Source: Oculina patagonica
Taxonomy: Eukaryota
Assembly: GCF_052425735.1 (NCBI RefSeq)
Contig: NC_135767.1
Location: forward strand, 16,058,001-16,122,000
DNA: 64,000 nucleotides
Direction of reading: 5' to 3'
How positions within the stretch are numbered: position 1 is the first letter of the stretch; the number at the start of each line of letters is the position of its first letter. The notes beneath the pieces are model-generated. The model saw only the letters and a list, made by a program, of their open reading frames with translations, was not told the origin of the DNA and made no database searches. Below are positions 12,621 through 24,700 of this stretch, in pieces. The position numbers were made by a program, and so were the translations under genes.

Positions 12621-12762
12621 CTATTGAAATTCATAGACTTCCATGCAAAATGGATCATTGGCTTGAATGTTTTTAGCACCAACGTATGTTGGATTACTAT
12701 GTCCCATGTCGTCATGGGCCGGGTGAGTCCGTCTTTTACGATGTAACGTTGGTTTGGCAAGA
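12621..12762 (-). CDS. Receptor exon 27: cytoplasmic tail with NPxY
   Basis: [46 protein letters not shown]; phase 2 matches exon 26. Confidence 0.8.
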
Positions 12763-15700
12763 CTACAAAGGGAAAAAGGGAAATAAATAAATAAATAAAT
12801 AAATAAAATAAATAAATAAATAAATAAACATAATGATCCATTCTATAGCGCACGAAGACGACATGAAGTTTTTAGACTGAAAAATGCCTCATTAACCCTA
12901 TTCAGACCGGGAGGGGGGAGAGGGGGGGGGGCTTTTGAGGCCCGCGCTGACTTTGAACTCTTATACCTTTTTTAAGATATAACCAAACGCTGCCAAACTT
13001 TTTGAGTTTTCCTAAAATTTATCTGGCAATAATTTGGTAGTGTTGGATGATGTGTCAGGAACTTGACATCACCATGGCAACGGCATTTTGACAGTCATGA
13101 TTTCCCAAATTTGTAATTTTGCGTGTTTCTGTTAATAAAAAATAACAACTTAAATGGAATTATTTTTTACATTTTTGCGGGTGGTTCTCTGGCATTTTAG
13201 AAACATTTTGAAATCCAAGATGGCGGATCCAAGATGGCGGCTGTTTTGACATCATGATATATTTGTCACGTGATGTGACGTCACCATCCCACGTGACGTA
13301 TACCAAAAGGAAGATGTTCGGACATACAATACATCCCACAAGCTCCCCCCCCCGGTCAGAGAAGGTCCAAAAAAGCCCGGTCTGAATAGGGTTAAGTTGT
13401 ACGTGATCACGCTAGTTATAGCTATTTTAGGCGACTTTGTGAAAGAAAACTACAAACATGGTCTTAACTACCGCTGAAAAAAGTATCTCTTTTAATTTCC
13501 TGATCTGCTGTTGACGTGGAAAAAAGGAGTTGGGAACAGACCAGGTTAATGCAACATTGAGTTGGGGCAAGAGGAATTTGTCGACTCATTCTGTCTAAAT
13601 TTAAAGCTGACAATGTTTTAGTTAACACCAATCGATCAAATAAAATTGTCCGTAAAGAGATCTGTCAAAAAGTCAGAACCAGTTTTACTAAAATTGTAAC
13701 AAAGGTAGAAAGGTCTGAGAATATCTAACAATGCACACAGGTACTACAGCGAGTCTACATTATTTTTCTTTTCTTTCACTAAACACTGGTACTTGTTCTA
13801 ATTAACTCACACACAGTGCTTCCGCACACAAAAGATGGTGACACCAGTCAGCGCTATAAATACGAGGACTCCCGTTGCAATGGCTAAATATAGAACCGGC
13901 TTGGAAATATCCTGTCTTTCAGAGTTAGACCAGCTGGGAATTTCTGAAAGTAAGTAATAAAGAAGTGATGAGTAGATGATCCACAGTTAAAAAAAGGCGT
14001 GTTGGATTTGTCATGCTAACTTATTAGGACACAAATAAACTTAAAATTAATGCCGACAGCTATTCTTGTGCAACAACTTGAAAGTCATGGAATACTATTA
14101 CAGTGATTCTAAACCGTTACGATAGTTTTCTTATCGAAATGTGAATGACCTAAACCAATAAGATAAATTATTGTTAAATCAGCAAATAAACCAGCAAATA
14201 AAACTGTAATTTTCGAGTGACCTTGACAATTTTCCCGCCACTTTGATGCTGTTTGTCCAAAAGTCGTTGTCCCGGTTGGACAAGAGACACAGGAGGTCTG
14301 GGCCTCTTGATCTTGGTATTGATCCACTGCACATGCCTGGCAACCAGAAGTGTTGAAGAAATAACCAACCGGACAGTTTACTAATAGGAAGAAATGTAAA
14401 GCAATGGAAGTGGTATTAACACAGGCGGCCCAAGCTCACGATAGGCGAAACGTGACTCTCTCCTGGTAGCATATGGAGGTGTTGTGTTACAACGATTCGT
14501 ATTTATAAAGGTCTGTATGGGAGAAAACGCTTTCGAATTTATAGCTAAATATAATGATATTTTGACAATAAAATCAACTTCCCTCGATGTCTTGTTGTTA
14601 TATCTGTTGTTATCTCGCTTCTCAGGCCGATCCGAAGCGTTTTAAGCGAGTTATGCCATTTCGGGTTTCCACTGCTAAGAAGAAGGGTGGGTCACTCCAT
14701 TTTGAGCCAGAAGGAAGGGGTGGGTCGCAAATTTTCGCGCCACCACTTTTCCAATTGCTCCGGCCCACCCCCCCCCCCCCCCCCCCCCCCCCCCTGGTAC
14801 TTATATATATTGACCAGTCCCTTAAGATGCTAGGCAAAAGTTTTTATTCGCCGAGTTTGAAGGATATGTAGCTGGGCTAGAAAGCGTTCAGTTACGTTTT
14901 TAATTTCTCATACATTTGTCTATATTTTTTTCCGCAAATTGACGTGGTTCGCGGGAAATATTATAGACAAATGTATGAGAAATTAAAAACGTAACTGAAC
15001 GCTTTCTAGTCCAGAATTTACATCGGGAAAATCAACAACTCAAAACAAAGCAAAAACGTCCTATCGATGCTGTTAGTTCGGGATATGTATAACCAGTTTT
15101 AAGGTCGGAAAAAAGAACGGGGAAAAACAAAGAAAACAGTCGATTAATGAGTATAAAGACACTATTAAATTGTCATTATTATACATTGGTGTCACCAGCT
15201 TGATTTTGATTGGCTATAAGCACGCAGCTAATTCTTGCTTGCTGTTTCTCTTACGTCATACCTACAGACATTAGATTTTACATATGTAGAAGTGACGTCA
15301 TACCTACAGACAATAGTTTTATGCATTCAGATTTTGCAGATTTTGTGCAGATTTTGTGCGCGCTCTTGTCTTTACAAGTGCAGCTCAGGAATGTGCATAA
15401 TAAAACAATTATTGGATTCGGTTTTCGCATGATAGCGATAATTATCAAGGCCTCAGTTTCTGTTATCCGCCTCAGCCTTCGGCTTCGGCAGATAACAGAA
15501 ACTTTGGCCTTGATAATTATCGCTATCATGCTCAACCTCATCCAATAATTGTTAATTATTTGTCACTTCCCACTTCTGAGGCCCTGTTAGGGGTTTTGGG
15601 GATGAGGGATAACAGGATTAGTTTAAGGGATAATTGAAAAGAAGCTCTGTGACTTCCGGGCTTTGTTTTTAGCACACTCAACTTGTCTTGTTTACACTTT

Positions 15701-18700
15701 TGCTTAATTTCTTTTACACCCTTGATCGGTTATCGGTCTTCATGGACGCTGGCAGATCGCAAAGAAGCATTGATGGTTCATCTTTTTTTTCACATTCCTC
15801 AGCTAAGGTTAACAAAGACATCGATACATAGATCAAAAAATATTTTTTTCTGCCCGTGGCTTGTTCACAAGCTGTAGAATTGACAGAAATAATTTTTGAA
15901 TGGCATCATATCGAAAAAGAAAGAAAAAAACTCAAACATTTCTTACCCAGGGTCGTAACTAGCAAGAGGCAAGACGAGCAGTTATGTCCAGGATTGAACG
16001 CAAGTATTGTGTAATAAGTACTTCATGTTTGACTGTGTTATTTGACATTTCCATATTACTTCATATTTGACAGAATTTGTTGTATTTTGGTGAACTTTTA
16101 TTAACGAGGACACTTTGTGATGCCTGTTATGAGGAACGTGCATCTCATTAGCGTTCAATCCTGGACATATCTAAAGACGAGGCACTTGCCTCGTCTAGAT
16201 TTTTACCCAAAATTAAAAACAAAATATGTTTTGTTGGGAAAATAATCACCAGTTGAACAAGATTGATTTTTCTCGAGAAATTCCTCATGAAAAATGTCTC
16301 TGGAAGAGTTTTAGAGCTTCTAGTTTTTAAAATGTTCTGGAGGGTGTGCCCCCTGAGCCCCCTAGCAAGATATTGCATCGTCTATGGCAAAGGTCTGGTT
16401 ACGGCCCTGTTACCAATTTTGTCAAGTGCAGATGCAGCTGAAAAGGTACACTATGCCGTCAGCGAATCAAGGTCAATGTTAAATCTTCAGAGCATGAAGA
16501 AACATTGACTGACCTTTTCGTGCAAAATAACCTCTTTATCGACAAAAAGCTGGTCACTAATCGATAGCACGTATTGATGGCTGTCTAGGTATTTTGCAGA
16601 TAATTGGTAAGAATTCGTCATCAAACTACAAAAGAAGACCATTATTTCTCATTTTGCCTACAGCACTTAACCCAAATCTCAGGAATGATTCTTTGGTGGC
16701 TTGTGCTCAAACAACAAGAACTCAATATTGAAAAAGAAAAAGGTTCTTTTATTTTACTTTCAAATACCGCGAATATTTCTAGTTTCTTGAGGAACGGTCT
16801 GAAAGGGATATAATAACGGCTGTCTTAGCTGAAAATGTCTTTTTTCACTCTTGATAATCATTACAAATACGATTTCACTTTTCTGTACGGTGATAACTCT
16901 ACCAGACATACTATTAGGGATAACGCTGGTGATACTTTAAGGGATAAGTGATAACTGTGCTCCGAATTAAAGGGATAAGGGATAACTGAACCCCGCCCCC
17001 CTCCCCCTAACAGGGCCTCACTTCTAAAAAGACCCTCAATAATTCTCTTTCAGTACGTAGTTAACTTGCAGGGGTTGTTTACTGCTTAACGTAACCGAGT
17101 ATAAAGAGGAAGACATTACAACTCCTTACCACATTTTGTCCCTCTTTGAACTTGTCCTTTATTACAAGCAAGACCGATAAAGTGAAATACTGGTGGTTTT
17201 GATGCATCGTATTCTATAACAACTCCGCTGATGTTAAGATTCAGGTCTGTTTCATTCAAGGCCTTTAGTATGCTCTTTGATATTTGTAGAGTTGTCTGGT
17301 TGAGGTCAACCACAGGCGCGTTACTCGGTAGTGGAACTTTTAAAGCAAAATACACAGTAAGGGAAAGTTTGGAAGTTTGGCTGTCACTGGCTGCATCTCG
17401 TCTCCGACGTGCTTCGGTTTGGTTTTCGCCACATACAACCATTACGTTGTCGATCGTGCATTGACTATTACAGCCTCCAGCCATACCAAACGGGGAATTC
17501 TTGAAAATTTCTATAAAGTTACTGGCGATGACTTCGTTCATGTCTTCTCCGCCACACTGGTCAACTAGATAATGGAGATTTCCATTCACCACGGCCTCTT
17601 TAGGCTCGTCCGCTTCTGTAATAAGAAAAAATACCAATTTTAAACGGATACTTAATGACGATGATGATGATGACGACGGCGGTCACATAATAATGAACAT
17701 GGTCATGATGAATTTTTGTGACGAATTTTTCTCCATGCTTGTTACTTAAAAAAATAATAATAAAAATAAAAAGAACTATAACATGTGAAGGGCTGATTGT
17801 TTAGACCAGTGGGTTTACAGAATAATGTATTATCTTACTTGAGCAATCCGGAAAGGCTGGCGTTTTCTTTCCTGGCACCTTGGCATTTTGCCATGTTCCG
17901 TCTGGGGTACAGTGGTAAAGTGGATGGGGTTCATTGGCGAATGCAAAACCTTTATTACAGTGCACGGTGCAAAACATTCCAGTTAACCATGTTTCGCATG
18001 CCTTGGCACCATTCAGAGGTGCTGGTAAATCGGGGCAGGTATAATCTTGTGCAAAAAAAGACAAATAAACCATGTTAGTTAAAAAAAAAAAAATCACGGG
18101 AGTTCATTATTAATAACGCAAGTAAACATTTTTCTCTATCGCTGCATATCGGAAGAGCCCCTCGTTTCATCTTTTAATCACCGCACTTCTGCCATATGGT
18201 TAGTGGTTAGGCGCCTTGGATTTAAAATCTGGACTGAGGTCCCTGGCTCATATCTTCCTTCCTGTTATTGAATCTGAATCGTTCAAAGTAGACCGAGCTC
18301 AACCCAGATGGCGCATTGTAAATAGCCATCTGGTTAGACTAACGCCAGTTACGATTTTTTTATAATTAACGTTTCGTTTGCATATTTGTTTGTTTGTTTT
18401 TCTTGCATAATCATTTGTTCCCTGTTCAGTCCTTTCAACATCATTACGTTGAAAGCCCTTAAATTACTTACCCACAACAATAACTTGAAAATGGCACTTG
18501 GCAGTGTTTCTTGCTATATCTGATGCAGTATATGTTATGTTGTGTTTTCCCCATGTAAACTCGCTTCCATTTGGACTGCTTGTGGTAAATGAGTGAACCC
18601 CAACATTATCAGTGACAGTAACTCCAGGTAGTACGACCTTAGTCATACGATCTTTAGTAGTAATGTGAATATCGTCAGGACAAGAAGCGATCTTAGGTGG

Positions 18701-21700
18701 CTCAAGATCTGTGCACAAGAAGCATTAACTGTACTGCATTAGAGCGGTTAAACGGCAAAATGTAAAGCCTAAATAAAACGTCTTCAGTCGAAAAAGAAAT
18801 CATAGACACGAGCTTCACAATTCCATTGCAAGGACTCGCGCTACCAAAAGGGAGCCTCGCAAAGAAGCTTTCGAATTTTTGGGCAAATAAAAAAATATAT
18901 AACTTCTTTGTATAAAACAATAAAAATGAATTAAGCTAAGCGTTCTGTTTCAGACATGTTATGACATATAAATTGGTGAACCAAAGTGCTATACATATAT
19001 GGTGCTTATTTAGTTACTTTGGACACATTTCCAAGGAAGTTAGATTGCAAAGTTGTAAATTAAAACTTTGGTCTTATTATCTCCTACAATAAGAGGTGAA
19101 ATATGTAAAGCAACATCTTTAAAGGTTAAGTCGACATATATTTTAGCATTAGCGGATGCAAAAATGCGTACCTTTGACATGAACAGAAAATGTACAGCTC
19201 CTACTCAGCCCAGCTGAATCGGTGGCATTGTATGAAATGTACTTTTTGCCAACTGTTATCTTCTGTGGTGGCAGCAAACCAGAGAGACTCACGGGCTCGT
19301 TAGAATTGTCGGTAGAAACTGGAACCTGCCACGTCACTCTTGCGTATGACTGTCCAGGTTGTGTAGGAGTCTCCATATTACTTGGGCATTGAATGCTGGG
19401 AGGTTGGACATCTGTTATGAAAGGAGTTTGTAATAATAAGAGTTTGTGATTTAAGTTAACTGTACTCTTTTTACAGAAAGCTTAATAAGTTGAATGTTAC
19501 ACGTTTCGGGGAACCAAGCCTCTAGGTTTGGTGGTTGGGTAGGGCTGATAACCCAAACCGTGAAAAACTTCTTATTACGGAAACCTGGAATATTGTGGAA
19601 ACAAAAAAAAACTCTTTTTATTTTATAAGAATCTAGTTTATAAGAATATCGAGGCTGAAATTTGCGAATTTTTAAGAATATTTTAAGAATAAACCCGAGG
19701 CTGAGATTTTGAAAAGAATGTAGTTTTTAGTTGAAACAAAATCTGGTATTTTCATTTCCGTCACTTTATCTCGGTGAGGAATGCTTTGTTTAAAGCCAAG
19801 GCTGCAACGAAAACCAATGGTACATGTGCACAATGAAACACGATACAGATCTGGACACCAAACACTTGTAATTGATTACCCAATACTTGCTAAAACGGAA
19901 ATGTCAAACGGAATGTTCTAAGAATGTTCATAAGAATATTTTCAGCCTAAAATCGGCAGAAAAATAAGAATATTCAGCCTGGGTCGGAAAAACTGTATTC
20001 TTATAAAAAAAAAGAGTGTAGGCTGGAACTGAATCCCATCAATGTTGGCAGAGGGCTAGCAACGCCGGATGAAAGTCAACGCGGAAACACAGCGACCGGT
20101 GAGGTAACTGGTAATGCTAAAGTTGTTTCACTATGATAGTGCACTGGTATATGGACTAAAAGTCATTAAGTGCTTATTGACCAATAAAGAAAATAAGATC
20201 TAAGCACTAGATTATGATACATTTCGGACCTTTACAAATCGTCTTTGTAGTATCTGCACTCCATGATCCGCTTTCAAGGCAGGATACGTTCCTTGTGCCT
20301 TCCAGTCGGTAACCAGCCGTGACATTGCACATAAAGAAGCAATGTGTTTTGTAATTTACACCAGACGTTAACTTGCATTGTGTGGGGAAGACCAGTCCAT
20401 GAGACGGCGTTCCAATGGCTGGACACTTAACAACTGAAAGAAAAGGAAACGCAAATTCACGATACTCAACCAATACGTCAGAAGACGTTTTTTTAAGTAC
20501 CGAGTTAGAAAAATATTTATATCACAGAGCGTTTGGTTTGGAAACAATTACTATAAAAAATGAACAAATTATTTTTATCTTGAACGATGTATAATTTTTG
20601 TCAAATGTAAGAAAAGAACAATGGTGATGCTTAGACGAAACCTTTTTCGTGGCATACTTTAATAATTCATTGTTAGGGGAACTCAAAGAAGTGATCGTAC
20701 GTCTTCTCATGCGAGAACAAGGCTCCGTATAGAAACACTTTTCATATATTATAGCAAAGCTTCTGAATAATGAGTAGCAGTCCGTTAATTAATTAACAGT
20801 GCTACAAGAAATTCCAGTGTTATATTGGGAATTATAAAGAACGGAAATTAACTGACTTGCAGGCGTGCTTACTGTTACATATAGAAGTGTTGCCTGACCA
20901 GGTCCCATCTGCTTCACATGAGCGCTGGTTAGACCCAGTCATTCGGTATCCTGTATCACAAGAGAGGGAAGCCTGGGAACCAAATGAGGATCCACATGAA
21001 AGAGAGGTTATGGATCCGTATATTGGCGATTGAAGGGCAGTACACGATTTTCCTGCGAAATAAAGTTTATACTTATGTTTAGTTTCCTCGTTTGTTTAAA
21101 CAATGGAACAGTGGGATCTCGAACTCCCCGCTATCTCGAACAAAAAGTCATTTTCATGGTCGTATCTTTAGGTCATTTACTGTAAAAATAACCCATTTAT
21201 CATCCCCGCTATCTCGATCAACTCTTCGTTTCCCTTTAGAGTTCGACATGGCGGTTTGTACCTTTGTCAAAAATATGTCAACAATATTAAAGTTTGCGCG
21301 CATGGAATGTGCCGATACTGCATTACATGAAACCGCACTAAATTTTAGTACTCCTTAAAGGTGGCCGTAAAGATATTACACCCGAAACGTTGTTGTTATG
21401 TTTATGATAATAACTTTTTTATGAAGAAATCGATTTTTAGTTTTTGAAAAAGATGAAAGCTTTTCAATATTATTTTACTGATTGTTATTGCCGCGCATAC
21501 ACAATCTTATGTTATTGACTGGTACGGTGTAGGCCCTTTACTGCATGTGCTAAGTATTGTGATTTCCCTATTTAATATTTATATATGATAATTAATTAAA
21601 CACGGAAAGAATGACCTACTTGCTACTTGTACGATAAAAGTGCAGTTGGCTCGGTTTCCACTGCTGTCCGTCGCGGAATACTTTATATTGTAGAGACCAA

Positions 21701-24700
21701 TACTAAGGTTAACAGGAGGTCGAATGTCAGGGTAGCTGATAGACACGTGACCAGAGTTGTCATTAGGCACTGGTTCATTCCACAATATTAAAGCACTTGA
21801 CGAACATTTAGGAGGGTAGAACACCATATTGTTTGGACATGTGTCATTGAACGAAGGGCGGATATAGTCTGTAAACGATGAGAAAACAATATATTTCGAA
21901 AAATCGAGTAATCTGTTTTTTCAATATTTTGTAATTTACATGAAAGGTTGAAACAAGACAACGAGAAAAGGCGTCGGATGGTAAGAATTGGTAAAGAATA
22001 GGAAAGAATAAGATTGACTTCGAACGACAAAGTTAAAGTGTTTTAATTGACGTGGCGTGCTAAACTAAGGCAACTAAACTAAACTGAATTGAACTTAGCT
22101 GCACTGCGATACAATGCATGCATTGCTATGCACTGTGATAAACAGAACCTTGCTGATGTGAACTTTTCTTAACAAAACAAACAACAAAAAAAAACACTTG
22201 TTTGGGTTACATCACTTTACCTCTGCAACGCGTATCATTAGACCCCGTCCACTGTCCGTAATTGCCGCATACTCGTGTAGAGGTTCCTTCGAGAACATAT
22301 CCTGGTCTTTGACAAGTGAATCTACATGTCTGGCTATGATTACTGCCAAACAAACACGAATCTGGAGAAATGGTGCCAAACGTAGGAGGGTCCAGTGGGC
22401 CACAGTTGATGACTAAACAAATGGAGAAAAAGCGCAGGTGTTGTTTAAAATTAAGACTATCCCGTAAAGCGAAACTTTTGAACTTGATGTACTCAACTCT
22501 TGAATAATGTACAACGTTCCTGTTTCTGATATTAAAGTTTCTTCATTTGTTTACTTAACAATTATTCTATGAGCCCGCGTTGGATACGAGGTGGTAAATA
22601 GCCAACGAGGCGCGAAGCGCCGAGTTGGCTATTTACCACCTCGTATCCAACAAGGGCGAACAGAATAATTGTTTTATTAAATTCTTCTTTAAGTTTAAAT
22701 CGACTGGACATTTCAGTTTGATGTAAACGAAGTGATAGTATGAGGAGGCGGGAAAATTTGTGGCGTGGTGTTCACTTCTTGAGTTGAATGAAACACACGA
22801 GGAAAGCGAGCGAGAGAGTTTTCTTTCCAAGATTTTCATCCAATAATCTCCTCTAAAGTCGTCTATATATCCTGGAAATTGTGACAACAGTTAAGATTTA
22901 CGGGATGATCCGAAGCAAAAGCTTTTCTGTAAACTACACGTCTTGTGCAAGTAGAACGAAGCAAGTGTTTACATTGTACTTGTAATTTACGGCTCCATGG
23001 CTTTCATCAAGACTGCTAAATTGAGCTCAAAGTGGAACGGGTTTATTGAAGTATTAAAGGACAAGACCACGATTAAAAGGTAACAAACTTTACAGAAGTG
23101 CTGAGCCACATTTTGTGACGTACATGAATGAAACTGTGTCAGTTTGCCGTTCTTTCGTAAATTATTTGCTGCTTTTCTACTTTATTCACTTGCTCTTATT
23201 GTGCGTTTAAAAGTATTATTAATTAAACTTTTCGCATCAATTCTTTTGTTTTGCGTAGTTAATTTTACTTTGGCATTTCTGTGGTTTTTGTAGGCACCGC
23301 TGATTATTTCATGTTCATAAAGCTCGCCAAATTTGCTGTTTTCAACGATTTTCTGATGGAACTGTCGCTTCCCGCAGAAAAATTTTAAGCTGAGCGGCAC
23401 TTGCCGCACTCATTTCCCATATAAGGTCAAACATAGGTATACGAGCTGATAACCGGGATTCAGTGAACCAATCAGAAAGCTAGAAATGCAATATCCGAGG
23501 TTGAGAATTTAATAAACTGAAATATACTGTAAAAGAGATGCTATTACTGGTGTGACTTCGTTTTGCTGCTTAACAGTGTGAACCTGAGAAGGTATATGGT
23601 ATTAGATGTAAATTGTAAATGTAAATGTTGATGTATAAAAAACATGAAACATCCCACAGCTTTTAATGTAAAGATGTGTTGCATTCTCACCTTGACAATA
23701 CGTCGTTTCTCCACTCCAAGTCTAGCCAACGTTACAAGAAAAACTGCAGTGTGTATCATAAGGTTCAGATAAGGGGTCAACACAGCCAATCTTTAATCCA
23801 TTTACTGGATCAGTTAGAGACAAACATCGTATAGCTACGGATCGATGAATAAATAAATAAATATCTAAATCTGTACAGAATCCTTATGCGTTACTTACAT
23901 AAACACTAACATTTCGTACGTTATCAGGCCGGAGCTTAGGCCCGGCCTCATAAGAACCAAAGTGCTCTACCCATGAAGGTAACTGCACGAACCATTAAGC
24001 CACTGTGCCTTTTAAAATTAAAAATAAAGTGTCTAAATAAATAATAAGCAAATGTTATAATGGATGCCTTGTTAGGGACCAGTGATTATGTAGAGGGGAG
24101 GGAGGGGGGGAGGGGAGGGGGGGGGGGGGGATTTGTTCAAATGAAGGGATGTTCAAATTCTCCTTGCCCACCCCTTCTAATGTGCGTGCAAAAATTTATG
24201 TATCCCCTCTCTTCCAACCCTCTAAATGTAGGACAATGTAATGACTGGTCCCTTAGTTCACCGTGCTTGTGGTCTCCGCATGATAAACGCCATTTAATTA
24301 AAATAAAATGGACGTGTTATTTGTGTGTTTCAGACCGTAGGCATACTTTTTTTGCATAACATACCTTCGCATTTAGGTAAAGGTTTGTCCCAGAATCCAG
24401 GAGGTCTGTTGCCAGGAGCAACACACGTGACTGTTGACGAGCCATTCAAACGATGACCAATCGTACAAGAGAAGTTACATTGTGCTCCAAAATAATTACC
24501 GCAGCTGCTCATGATCAGTGGACCTCGCGTATTTTCCGTCAGTAATGTGCAGTTGATAACTGATGATATTAAAATAATAACGGACATATTTTTTTTAATC
24601 AAACCATCTTGTTGGTCAGTGTTTCTTTAGAACTTTATATCCCAAAGAAAATTGACACCGGCTGGCTATAAATCGTTGTCATTGCCACGCAACAAACATA

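Noticed and set aside
15210-15548. Mirror ORFs on both strands
   Set aside because: Artefact of the palindromic hairpin
18146-18158. Illumina adapter-like ATATCGGAAGAGC
   Set aside because: One mismatch and no adapter continuation; consistent with chance
18190-18350. tRNA gene or SINE head
   Set aside because: A-box-like start only, too decayed to call; probably an old SINE
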